The position numbers and the translations under genes are program-made. A stretch of 64,000 nt of DNA from the NCBI GenBank assembly GCA_964019425.1, contig OZ025782.1:930001-994000 (forward strand), in the 5' to 3' direction. This stretch comes from Flectonema sp. DT1601 (Eukaryota). The notes below the pieces were generated by a model. The model was not told where the DNA came from. It was given only the letters and a program-made list of their open reading frames with translations, and made no database searches. Below are positions 10,401 through 23,400 of this stretch, piece after piece (the first letter of the stretch is position 1; the number at the start of each line of letters is the position of its first letter).

Positions 10401-13400
10401 CCTGTTTTGTTGTTTCTCATTAAATTGAATAAATGTCAACAATACGAAGACAGCCAATCCCAAAGTGACAAGAAGACCTCGCGACAAGAACATGACGCAA
10501 CAGTAGTACTCTCTCGAAGAAATAAAAATAACGTCACAATTGACAAACCTTTTCCGCTGAGCTCACCTTCCCACGAAGTGGTGTTTTGAGAAATGCTTCC
10601 ATTAATGTTCACAGTTGCAGTCTGAACCTCAACTCCGTAAACAGTTAGTGAAGCAGAGCTACCAGCGACTGTCCACAGAGGCAAGTGAGTGTTTTGTTTA
10701 GTGTAAGTAGCCACGTGGGTGATAGTCGAAGCAATGCCTCTTAGTTGAGAATTCTTTAAAGAAATCACAAGGTCACCAGTTCCAGATAAAGTCTTACTAG
10801 TGTTGTCAAAAGACAGATCCATCGTACCCGACACAGGTCCGATTGTTGCAGACCCACTGAGATCAAGTGAAGCTACAGTCATCTCGAGGTTATCAAACAG
10901 AACGTTAGCAACAATATTACTGCTCTCTCCAATTGAAACCCTTCCCTCCACGCTTCCTGACCAATTGGTTTCAAACTTTCCAGAATTAGGATTCTTTTCA
11001 ATAACCGAAGAAATACTCACATTCGCATCTGAAACCTTTACATCCCACAACATTGCCTTGCTGCCGGACACCGCAACCTCCCAAAGCGGGTCGCCATTTA
11101 CCCCGCAAGTGGTTTTCTGTTTTATGATTCCTTGTCCTTCGAATCCAGAGGTAGTGGATTTGTAATCCACAATTCCGTTGTTGGCACCGCTGCAGCTGTC
11201 GTCGTCCATTTGAATGAGAGTACTGAACTCGTATTGAGGTGTTACAATATCACACGATACGCTGGTATTCTGAACTTCCCAGTTCGTTCCAATTAAAAGC
11301 TCCGCTTCACAGCCCGTTTCGAACATCGTTGTCTCGGCTTTTACCATTCCCCGCCAATCACTTCCGTTCGAAATTAGCTCCACTTCGATGCTCGTGATGT
11401 CGAGGTTTTTAACGTCAAGCGGTGTTGGGGTGCTTGCGAGGAATGTCATGGCTGTGGATGTTTGTTTGTTTGTTTGTTTGTTTGTTTTTATTCCCAAGGA
11501 CAGTTCCTTGTGTTATCCAAGCGAGTATCAGTTAACCGAAATTCACCAAAGTAACACAGCAGAAGGCATCCCTCACAACACAGCAGCGGTAGAAAGACCA
11601 TCTTGAAAAGATTACTTGTTTGTTAGTTTCAAAAAAGAAGAATAAAAGAACAAACCTGAACTACAAAGATTAATATTCCACTCACTTACAATATACGATA
11701 CGAGATCCCCTGGCTTAGCAAAGAACGCAGCGACCTGATCAGTTAATTGATCGTGTCCGAGCATCTTGTAAGGACAATTATCACCAAATCCTTCTTCCTT
11801 CATGTAGGTGATCAGAGACACCAGTCCTGTTTCCGTGAAGGAAATATCTGGAATCGGAAAGTCAAATTGTGTTCCACCAGCCAAGAATGAAATAACTGTC
11901 GACTCACTCACAGTTACAACAGATGGCAGTGATGGTACCATTGCCTTCGCTACACCAACCGAATTGTTGTTAAGATGTTCGAACTCAAGTGAAAGCAAAG
12001 CACTCTCCTTCAGAGATGGAAATCTAACCGGAAGTTGCATGTTTGCAATTCCAATCTCTTTGAGCGAACTCAGCAGAGGAGCAGTGTTGAATACCAAGCT
12101 AGACCGTTCATCGATAATCATTATTGGATTACTTTCGTCATTGCTCGTCTCAAATCCAAAACTCAAAGTGATGTTCGAGTTCCTAATCGGGAACGTCAAG
12201 TCCGAAGTTTCAGCCGCAGAGAACGCGATGTTGGTGTTGTAATCAACCGCCGTTAGCTTACCTTCGAGTTTCATATTAGGAACCATAATATACATCTGAG
12301 GCCTTCCAGCAGTTCTAGATTTCAGTAAAGGAGATATCGCCATTCCGACCTTCACGCTGATCCCTAAACGAGCTCCGAATTCCCCGTCGATATCTGGCAT
12401 GATGTCGGAGACTACAGACATGAGTCGATTCTTCATAAGATCCTCAAGACCAGTTCCATCTAGAGCTCTATTCAAGACTGGTTCGGAGACCTTTTCAATA
12501 TTTCCAAGCAGATCGATATCAAACGCCAGCCATAAATCCAATGTCAGATATCTGTCTCCCTTTATCGTTTTCACCGCACCAATAAAATTAGTTCCCCCAC
12601 CGGATGTATATTCAAAAATGTTTTTAAGAAAACTCAGAAAACCTCCAACTGTAGGACTTGAACCAAATATCACATTGAGCTCGCGTTCGTATCGAAGATC
12701 AACGCGGAGGATGTTGCCGACCTCCGGAAGGTAATCCCGCCAGTCGAAAATGGAGCCGGTGCTTGGGTTTGTAAGATTCGACTGGAAACCTCCAAACAAA
12801 GCCGGGTAACTATTATTCAACTCCACTAGCATTTCATATTGAAACCGTGGATTAACTCCATAAGTTGGAGGAACTGTTGCAAGGAACTTACCCAGAGCCA
12901 TTAAAGTTGCATTCTCTGCTGTAGTTTTAATCCCAAGGCTGGTAAACAACTCCGGTAGGTAGTCCTCCGGAGAGAATTCAATACCGTTTGATTTATTGCG
13001 AGGGATTTCAAAATCTTTGTCAAATTGAGAAGAGATGTTTTTAGGAAGCAAGTCGATCATTGCCAGAGCGTTCTTTCTGCTCAACTTATAATTACTTTTC
13101 AATGATAGCATCCAAGAGAGATGTTCGATTCCGTACTCCGACCCACTAGCAGCTCCTGGAATCTCAAAGATGAATTCGAGGATCTCACCAATGTAGTTTA
13201 TCGGTTCGAACTTCTCACCACTCGACGTGTCAACACCTGAATCTGAAAATCGTCCAAAAATCGCCGGATGGGTTCCCTGAAGCTTGGCTAGAGTATCTCT
13301 TTGGAACAACACCGACTTTGAGATTTCCTGACGGCTTCGATACTCGTCTAACTTTAACTCGTAAGGAAGTCCAATACCCAGCTGTCGGTACGACTCATGC

Positions 13401-16400
13401 ATTGCTAGATACCTGTCTAATACCTCATCAAAGTCCATCGTGCCGTTGATTCCTGTGGTAGTTTCCCTTTCTTCGTCATTTGCATTTCCAAACGCAGAAA
13501 CAGAACAGACACTTGATAAGAAACATAACAACACACCTGATAAGAAGTACTCCAAGTTATCGCTGTACACGGAACCTGGAAAAGGTTTGTGAGCTGAAAC
13601 TTCTTCAACCAGCTGATTGAGTGAGCTGGTCACGAAGCTGAGATGGTTAATCGATGTCCCTTTTTCTTGGACTCTGAGGAAGGAGAGATCCAGATCGACA
13701 GTCATTTCAGCTGTTTTGCCGTTGAGGATGTCGAGATCGTGAATGGCAACAATCGGAATGAATCTCTCAGAGTCCGTGTGGAGTGGAAGAACTACATCCA
13801 GCTTGCCATACGGTTGTGGTTTCATTCTCTGTGTTTTGATTTATTTTTGTTTTCTCAAAAATAATTCATTCCTTTTATTGTAATCAAGTCAGCCTTTAAG
13901 AAAATAAAATAAAACTATCGCCATACCGAGTAGATCAAACTCATCAAGTCAGTCGAGTCGTCAACAACTGAAGCTGTTGCAGTAGCAAATGCTTTGCTCT
14001 TGACTCCAAATACAAGAGAAATTATGCCGTCAGCCACACTTAGGAGACCGTCCCCGATGACCATGTCAACGGGATCAACAAGTATTTGCACCTCAGCGCG
14101 GTATTTTTTTACAGTGATGCTGTTTTTTTTTTTTTTTGTACCAAGAAACAATTCAGATTGAAGCCAGTGTTACTTCAAAGAAGTGACGGGGGGAGGCTGG
14201 ATGGCAGGAGATGGAAGATGCGCCTACTGATGGCGCACTTTGTGGCGCCATCAGTACAACCTTTTCTACGATGACGGGGCTGAGTCCGGGCGATTTGCTG
14301 CTGGATGCTTTTACCGAAAGGTGGTGGCTGTTCTGAGACGAGAGGGGAAGGACCTATTGTGACAATCGAAACACTGCATTACTGCCGGAGGTAGTGGGTC
14401 CGGAATCGATACGCCAGCTCTCCAGATACTCGTCGTTTGATGCGGCGAGGTACCTTCCGATCGGGAAGACACAAATAGCGCAGCAGTCAGCTGAAACATA
14501 ATGGAAGCTGGGAATCGAATTGTAGTGTCGTTTTGTCCCGCGTTTCCTGCTCAGCGAATGGCTCTGCCGAACTGCATATGAAGTACAAACTGCCGGTTCT
14601 CCGCCACCTCCACCAAGGGCGAGGAGTTTCAGGAGGGGTCCGGCGCACCTGACGTGATGCTGACGGAAGTGGCGACTGTTGGAGCTGTTGGAAGCCGTCA
14701 CATCCTGACAGGAGGCAGGTGCGACAGGATTTTGTCTGCGTTCGACAAAAATATAAGGAAGGCTAATCTGAATGGTTTTTATTGACTCCTTCTGTAAAAG
14801 TAGTCGGGCATCACATGTAATCTTTTCATAGCTCACAGTCCAACCGCGGATTACAGTTTCCTTCACAAACAACAACACTATATTCTCACAGAGACTCAAC
14901 TATGAATTTATAAAAGCTTCAAGAGTCAGTTTTATCTTTCCCTCGGCAGTTCAATCTCTCAGATCATCCTTTATCAAGAGCTTTCCTACTTTAGAACTTA
15001 AAAAAAACACAAGTTGAAAAACAAACCTAACTTCCTTCGATTTCGTAATACTGATCTCGATTTCAACGGTTGCCGCAGCTTCATAATAAATATTGAAGTC
15101 AGGAATCGTAACATCACTCGCAGGTGGAGCATTTCTGTCAAGAAGCTCCCAAAGTTCTCGCAGTTCACTGATAGGTAAAAAGAGTTCCTTAAGTGCCGCC
15201 TGCATTGAGTAAACAGGAACTAAAGATAAGGCAGAAAGTTGAATGTTTATCGACACTTTGTCATCAACTGTTTCATGACTACATTGAAAGGTGTTCACAC
15301 GAACAGAAGTTTCAGAGTGGGGAGCTGGAACATTGTGAGACATAACATTTACAAGCCCATCGAGAGTTGTCAAGTGGCTGTCGTCTGTGTCGTATAACTC
15401 AAAGTAGTTCGCAACAGACGATCTAATGTCCAACAACGCACCAACCCCGTGAACCATATGTGACGGTTCTGGCATTCCTGTCAGATCTAACTTATTGAGA
15501 TTCGACTCGTTCATGTTTACATCTATTCCTTTTATCTGTTTTTGTGTGTTAAATTGAGGAAAATATGCAAAATCGAAAGATAAATAAATAAATTATTTGA
15601 AGAATAAATAACAAACCTTATCGAGAGCCTGTAAAAGAGGTTCAATCATCCAGTGGATATCGTTTTCATCATTAGAAGGCTTCATCACTTTTGGAATAAA
15701 TGGATCGATAGCCTTTCGAAGAACAGAAAGTTTGACGACAACGAACTCACCTCCCTGAGTAACTGCGTAAATAAAATCATCTTCTACGACGAACCCGTGA
15801 GTACCATCGAGTTCTGGGATGCGTTTTAATTTCTTAGGTGTGTCGCTGTTCTCTTCGTACGACACAACCCAAACCTGACCTCTGGAAGCAGAAATTGTGA
15901 TCTGTCCATAAACTGCAATGTGCGTGTTGAAAACAACGTTCTCCGATTCCAACGTTTGGGCAGAACGTTGCTCTAATTGAGTTGCTGCAGCAATCTCCCG
16001 ACCTTTTTCATCTACTTCGACCTCAACAGGGTTTTGGTCATCAGAGACGTTAATGATGTAAATACCTCCCTCCTTATCATTCAAGTAAGCTCTTTGATTA
16101 CTAACATCGATACTCGCAATTAATGTGAATATTTCAATTTTAGAAACCACCAAAGGGTTAATGTGATCATCAACTCTCACGATAGCCATCTTATCCCGAA
16201 GTATAACATAAGCTAAGTCTTCATGGATTTTAATGTTCGTAGGATGCTCATCATGAAGTATAACAGAAAGGTACTTCGGATTCTTGGGATCCTTGACATT
16301 TAAAAGATGAAGACCAGAAGACTCATCAAGGATAAATATGACATCTTGTTGTTTTCCAGATGTTGGTCGATAAACTAAAAACTCACTTGAGGGATTGGAA

Positions 16401-17137
16401 GAGTTTCGGGAAGTGACCTTAAACTGACTTAAGTACTTTGGAAGGGGACTTGAAACATCGTAAATAAGAATATTTCCCGTCTGCGCATCAGCTATTGCCA
16501 ACGTTTTCTTATGAACGCAGAGTGAACGCGCAACTTTAAAGTTTTCATTCGGTTGTAAAAGCGCTACTTCTACCGGACTTGGGGGACTGGTAATGTCTAA
16601 GGCCCGAACACCAGCAGTTTCATCAGCTAAGTAAGCGATGTTACCAGAGATGGCTAATCTTTTTGTTAATCCAACAGGGACCCTTCCAGTAACAGCCGCG
16701 CTGTGGTAGTCGATGACAACACTTTCTTTGCCATCTGACTCCTGGTCATCAGTTGTGGAGACGAGGAAGTAGATTGCGACTGCTGCGATTATCATTGTGA
16801 TGATGCAAACAGCTGCGAGGATCTTCTTCCTTGTCGCTGATGTTTGTTCTTGCTTAGCGATTTCATCAAATGCAACAATTGATTCGCTGTCGCTACCAAC
16901 ATCAATCAATTTCGTCATGTCTAACGCTTCTGGTGAAGACAACAAACCCAGCGGTGGTGGTGTTGATAAACTCATCCTACCGGACGCACTCGCCCCTCCA
17001 CTTGGCACTACGCTTGGTGGTTTTGAAGCTAACGGATCGACTGCTTCCAGAGGTTCATAGGCAGCCAACGGATTACCAGCCTCCTCATAATCTTCAATAT
17101 TCATTTCCTTATTAAATTCAACATATTTTCTCAACAT
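4457..17137 (-). CDS. Giant (~2,916 aa) type II membrane protein, copy 1. Eight exons: 15617-17137, 15027-15535, 13927-14119, 11656-13828, 10549-11451, 9974-10401, 7193-7561, 4457-7111. N-terminal TM helix, LVIVD-like repeat propeller, long beta-rich body, C-terminal Cys-containing coiled coil.
   Basis: Seven GT-AG introns join the ORF-track fragments with consistent phases, and the exon sum is 8751 nt = 2917 codons. TM segment ILAAVCIITMIIAAVAIYFLV. Repeats such as AYLADETAGVRALDITSP and GIYIINVSDDQNP. Confidence 0.85.
7676..9870. mobile_element. Non-autonomous TIR DNA transposon (~2.2 kb) inside intron 6 of the giant gene
   Basis: Termini GGGTACAAGC (7676-7685) and GCTTGTACCC (9861-9870). 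Perfect 37-bp subterminal inverted repeat at 7825-7861 / 9675-9711. CCCCCTA flanks both sides. Absent from copy 2. No intact transposase ORF. Confidence 0.85.
11460..11487 (+). repeat. (GTTT)~7 microsatellite near the 3' end of intron 4, copy 1
   Basis: Direct inspection. Confidence 0.9.
14123..14747 (-). mobile_element. Poly(A)-tailed, GC-richer insertion in intron 2 of copy 1; probably a 5'-truncated degenerate retroposon
   Basis: Absent from copy 2. Ends on the minus strand in A15 (T-run 14123-14137). A stop-interrupted frame contains CFDCHNRSF (CxxC). Confidence 0.55.
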
Positions 17138-18533
17138 TGTTTATTGTTTTCCAGAATAGCTGCCTTTAACCTGTTCACAGAAGAAGATAATATAATTTTC
17201 AGAATCGATTTAGCAACGCAGTTTTTTAAGGAAAGGTGAGGACAAAAAAAAGGGAGATGTGGATTTTGTACTTACTTAGGAGGGTATGGATTAAATTAAG
17301 GAATCATACAGTAACCCTCTGTGGAACTGATGGACTACTACATGAATACCAACCACCCGATGAAGGTGATGTTTTGAACGTTATTTTATTGAATTTAAAA
17401 CGAATTCGTTGGTAAATAGAAAAGGATTTTCTTTATCATGGAAACCCTGTTCGAATTTTAAATTAATAACACACAAGACGTTGATCTTAAAGTTCCAAAA
17501 CGTCTCGTAAAAAGTGGATTTCGCACCCGGAAAGAAGAAATTTGATGAAAAAATACAAAAAAAGGAACGGGAAAAGAAAGAACAAATTTGTTTTTAATTA
17601 TTTTTACTACGGTTGATGACGATTCATGGTCAGCAAAATTCTCAAAGACACCAGAGTATTCCATTTTCAAGAACAACTTAAAGCTTCAGAAATCGGAAGC
17701 ATTAAGTTGATTCAAGCGCAAGAAGACGTTATCACTTCTTATTTACGGAAAATTGGGCTAAAAAAGATGGCAAACTTCTCTCTCCATTAGTTTGACAGAA
17801 ATACTTTTGGTGTTGTTTTTGAATACACGTGTGTCAGGTTTCGTAATCAAAGTCGGAAGGAAAAAGAATCTTTTTGAAGGGGCAGGACCAACCGCTAAAG
17901 GTGGTTAAAAAAGAGTTGAAAGCAGAGCTGACCTTCGCCGAACACCAGACAAGGACACCAAGGTGAACACTGACAATCTCGTGAGCCACACTAAGGTAAG
18001 AATTGCTCTCTAAACGTAAGCCGTTAAACAAAGCTTAACAAGAGTACGTAATCCCTTTGTCAGATGCAAAAAGTAAACAAAACAAACAAACAAACAAATA
18101 ACAGAAACTAAATTCCTACGCAAGGCTGTACTTCGGGTGTCTTAATTGCAAGCAAGAAATAAAAATAATTTTCTTTTTTACCAACAACAATTCCTTCATA
18201 TCGCAAACAAGCTTCAGCAATGTATCCACATCGACTTCGAAGTAAGCTTGTTGAGGACAAGGTCATCTGTGGGCGCAAGGAACTACCAGACATGACAAAC
18301 CAACGCAAGTGTATTGTGGCTTCAAGTAGCTGCATATGGTCTCCGTCAACTCAAAGCTGAGGCAATCATTGCTATAAAGTAGTGACACAGCCAGAGTTAA
18401 CGCAATTCGACCAACATCTCCAGAGTAGCATACTTGTGCTCCATCCATCAAGTAACAAGGATATAATGGGTAGATAAGAATCTACTTTTATTTTCCTTCG
18501 TCATAAAATGATGAAAACTAAAATTATAAATGT

Positions 18534-18583
18534 ATATGAGGATGTGCAGAAACCCCCCGGGGGGTTTCTGCACCGCCTCATAT
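18534..18583. repeat. 50-bp palindrome with a perfect 30-bp core (GTGCAGAAACCCCCC/GGGGGGTTTCTGCAC); possible collapsed TIR element
   Basis: ATATGAGG-at-[18544-18573 perfect palindrome]-cg-CCTCATAT. Confidence 0.85.
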
Positions 18584-20474
18584 TCAAAATAGAAAAAAAA
18601 TCTGAATAAGAGAGCCAAAAATAGAAATGATTAAAAGAAAGAACAAGTGCTGACTTTCCGGTGGTCAATCCGATATTTCGGACTCAGTAGAGACATTTGT
18701 GTACGAACCACTTAAAATAGAAAGTCAACAGTTGTCTAACACGAAATAATAAACGAATTGCAGTTCAATTCTTCAGCACATGTTTCTAAACTGAGCTGAC
18801 ACACACGCAGTCCTCAAACTGAACATGTGTGAGAAGGATAGCTTCCAGAATGCTGTTTGCATTTTCATTATTACATAGTTCTTACTTAACCACATAAGTG
18901 ATTACTTTTCTTAATTGTGACGGGGGAAGGGGGAAGGTATGGAGTTCTTTGTTTTTGATTGATGGAAAGGTGAGAAACTCACCTCCATTTCACAACAGTT
19001 ATCGAATGGTTCAAGCTTCTTGCTTCACCAGGAACTTCTACTTCATAAGTAAATGAAGCGATTTGAATGTAATAAAGGGAAGAGACGAATTGCAATAATG
19101 TTACTATTATGAAAGTTAAAAAATAAACTCAAAAAAAAATAAGTTTATTTGTTTTCCTTCTTTTTCTGACGTACGCACTATTCTGTGGAGCTAGTAGCCA
19201 ATACTGAGGTATTAGCAGGAGTTTTCACAAAAGCAAATATTCAAATCAACAAATAAATCGGACAAATAATGATTTGGTTTCAGACATGAATCTCTGTGTG
19301 GAGTTAGGGTGTTAGTTTTAAAAAAATGGTGAGCCGTTTAGCCACAGTTAGTATCATTAATTTTAGTTAGCTATTTTAGCAGTGAATTATCACATGTAAA
19401 AAAAATAAACACATCAACTAACCGTTTAGCTATATTGTTGGTATTAACAATTATCACCCAATCAAAATAATCAAATGTAAAAATTAGCCGAACAACAAAC
19501 AAATAATGGGTTGGGGATAATGGTTTCGGGCTAAAATTAAAAAGGTTTTCCTCGGACCATTAGTAGCTATATTAGCAGTGAGTTATCACAAGAAAAAAAG
19601 AAGAAGAAAACACATCGTCCTGCTGCTCTATTTAGCACTGTGGAGTACGTAATTTCAGGCTTTAATCTTATCCTGCTTTGTCTCCCTTGTCCCTTACGAA
19701 TAAGTTCCGGAGGAATTCACTCTTCAGTTAATATTATTTATTTTATTAGTTAGAGACTCTTCAAACTTGAGGGTCTCTAATTCTGCAGAACTTAATTCCA
19801 AGAAGACTATTTTATTAGTTTCCACACTGGGCATTCCAGATCAACAGATCTGTAACCTCAATGATTCCACCGTCATCGGATTACTAACAGGAAACAAAAA
19901 CAAAAGTAAAAGATTGACGGAAAGTTTGATACGATACGAAAAGATGACGGGAAGAGGGATTTATTTGCACACCAAAAATAACGACACAATTATGAATTAA
20001 AAAAAATCGTAATCGAGGGCAAAGATCATTCGAAATGTGCCAACAGAAAAAGAATCATAATAATACCTGCGACGTTTTTTTAGACGAGAGGAAACAGAAT
20101 TAAAAAAATATTAAAAAAATCAAAGAAATACCAACATAACAGAAGCCAGCTACGAGACAGTACTTCAGTACTACTTCAACAGAAGCACTTCTCAAATAGT
20201 TGGTATTAGTCTTAAAGAAAGTTATCAAATAAATAATAGATATTTAGGCCAGCAAATTCCATCAAATATATGACAGCGGAAACACGGAGGGAACAAAAAA
20301 ATGGCACGCTGGACGTTGAAGAGCAGCAGTTGCTTGCTCGTCAACATGGAGAAGCTATTAACAATAAAAAGAATACGTTCGTTGTTTGCAAGGATTGCTT
20401 CAGTCACAGACGGAAACTAATTCAAACAGAATAATTAAAAATGAACAACGTGTTGCAAACTACTATTTGCTCAA

Positions 20475-23400
20475 CTATTTCTTAATTAACTTGTTAATAA
20501 CATCAATAGCCTTGTCTTGGATAGCTTTCTTCACATCACCAAGAAAGATCTTTCCGCGGTACGATAGGACCAACCGATTGCCAGCCACAGTGATGTCAGC
20601 TTTTATCGATGCCTCCACTGATCCTCTGCTGAGAGCTGTTGAGAAGTCAATCCTGTTGATGACTATTAAGTTCTTACCAAACTGGATGATCATATTTTTT
20701 AAATCTTTCAACTTGTCTCCGATCTTCTTTAAAGTATCAATTGCTTTGTCTAACACTCTCTTTGCGTCATTTACTAACTTTTTAGCCGAATCTATAAGTT
20801 TCTTGCCTTCACTTTCAAGTTTAGATAAAATGTTCTTCGCCCCCTCCCAAGCCTTCTTAGCTGCTTCAATAATTTTACAACCGAGGAACTTAAAACAGCT
20901 GATGAAGGATTTACACGCGCACTTGGCATCGTTCTTTTCCTTCTCCTTAATCTGGAGATCTTTCCTGGCGGAGTCTATCTTCTTATCGGACGCTGCTTTC
21001 TTATTCTTGTATTCCGTTTCCTCGTCATCGTATTTCCTTTGCTTCGAATTCTTGTCCTTTTGAGCCTTCGTGTGTTCGCGTGTGTAAGATGCAGACAAGT
21101 CAGAATCGGTTGCTGATGCCGAGTCGTCAGCCAGTTGACTGTTGATATCATTACCAAAACTTCCAATAATTACACTTTTATGATTAGAAGATGAAGGTTT
21201 GCCTGTAACTTCAAGTGATGCCACCACAGCAAACTTATTGATGTTGAATGAGAAACTTCCTCTCGTCATCTTCTCACTCAATAACATGTTTATGCTTGCA
21301 GAGAATCCCAGGACTTGGACTTGTCCTGAAACTTCTAAAATCCTATCAGAAGTCGTGAGCTTCAAAAGAAAACTCGGTCCTTTATTTGGGTTACCCGCTG
21401 CAGTGATATCTAACGGACCCCAAGTAACTGGTTGTAACTCAAGGGAGGTTTCCAGACCCTCAGCGTCTAACTTAAACGTTGCTTCTGCTACTGTCAAGGC
21501 CCCCATAATTTTCATATTCTTAATGTCGACGATAGTGCCTGGGGGGATGGTTTCAAAAACAGCTCCAATTTGGATGTCAACCTCGTCGATAGGGTCGGGG
21601 TTAAAACTTGCGGACATGAAATCAACTGAGCTGTCAGTTAGTACCTCACCAGGTCCTTCGACACACTTTTTGCATCCGCAGACTTCTTCAATCAGATTGC
21701 GAACGTTTAGATTCTTAACTTCTGCCTTGAAAGCACTTTTTCTGAAATCCGTAATATCAGCTCCAACTACAACAGTTCCAGTAGCAGCCCCGACTTGAAT
21801 TCCCCCGATGACAGAAAATCCTGACAGTGCGATTGGGGAAGCTGGGACAACCGACATTTGGATACCAACGGGAAATAATATTTTTGTTCCCGAGATGCCA
21901 AACGGCTCATCCCAAGGCTTGTTGCTGTCTAACGAAAGACCAACTGTCAACGCTCCAGTTGTATCCATCGAAATAAAACCTCCAGCTTGAAATACCTGAG
22001 GATTCGTACCCCCGAGAGTGAAGTCAAGCTTGACTAGAAATCCAATACTCATAACTGCTGATATCTTAAAGCACAAAGCAACCTCACGAAGAACAACATC
22101 TCTTCCAAGAGGAACGTTACCCGCTAGTATTACAAAAACGTCAACTTCGCTGATGGACAAGATATCAGCGACGACAATGAGACCTCCCGAGTGGGGATCT
22201 TTCGAATCGCTGATCTGCTGCGTCAAGTCTTGTGGTGCAACTGCCATAACGTCTTCAACAGCTTTCGAGTTGAATCCCAAAACTGTTCGAATACTAATGC
22301 CGCTGCGGAATGAAATCATCCGCCCCGTCCGGATGTCCTTTACTTCGAATCCTTGCTTGCAGATGCTGAAGGAAAGTAAACGCAGTTTCAACGTGTTGAT
22401 AATAGTCTCAATTACTGGAGGTGTTCCAGAACGTGATGAAAGGTCTCTTGCGGTGATCATAAAACCAAATCCCCACTTGTTATTAGAACCAGCACCTGCA
22501 GCTATTAGTAACTCAACTGGCATACCGAAAAACGAAGCATCAGCAGATATGTAGGCATACTTCTCAGTAAAGTCAACAACGAGAACAACATTACTAAATA
22601 TAACAGAATTCATTGCTGAGTTGATGTCAGGATGACCTATCCCAGCTGAGGCGCCTATTGGAGACACAAACTCCTTTGAAATTGAACCTAAGTTGACTAC
22701 ACTTCCCGGGTTGGGCTGGGCCACGAGACTGAAATCGCTAAACGGCTGCAGCTGAAATGACATTACAGCGTTAAAACCCAACATCTCTCCGGTTATGCGG
22801 ACACTTTTCTGATCAGCGTTGTCATTTACTAACTCAACGGCTAGCGATTTGATCGTCAGTCGCTTGCCAGGCCCAAATGGAATAACGAGGTTTCTTCCGA
22901 AACCAACTAAGTTCCACGCCTTTTCGCTGCATGCTGGCCTCGAAAAATTAACCCCGACCTCAAAGGGAGGTATGTTTCCAGGTAAATTTCTAACAGCGAG
23001 TGTTCCCTGTCCTTCGCAGCCATCCAGCGCTACGGCAATCGAAACATAACCAGCTGGATCATTCCAGATAATTACTGCAGAAGCATTCATGTTAGTAGTG
23101 TCTAGAAGGTATTGTTGTGATACACCCTGTTTTTGAAGTTATCGTTTGCAGTTTCCTCTCGTAGCAACAGGCTAGTAAAAAGCAACAGTAATAGGGAAAA
23201 AACATACCCCGCCAACAGGGTGGGCGGTAATCACGCCGGTCCATTTTCTAGTGTTAAGGCTCGCCATGGGATTTCCTCCATGTGAGGAAGAAGTAAGATT
23301 AACTTCCAGCCATTGAAAAGTCTTCCTATCTTGTGCAGTCCAAGGGTTCATGTACCTGCCGTACATTTTTACAACACCACTGCAGGAGTTGTGTTCAACC

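Larger units (their letters stand above)
3572..17245. repeat. Segmental tandem duplication, copy 1 (paralogous to ~19607-30480)
   Basis: Near-identical sequence from AAAACACATCGTCCTGCTGCTC onward in both copies. Copy 1 is longer because of two intronic insertions. Confidence 0.95.

Noticed and set aside
11578..11602. Alternative AAG acceptor and mini-exon within intron 4
   Set aside because: It leads to an in-frame TGA after nine codons, whereas the single 204-nt intron keeps the frame.
17400..18450. Possible decayed coding sequence in the spacer between the duplicates
   Set aside because: Short broken frames with no motif I can identify; a translated homology search would be needed.
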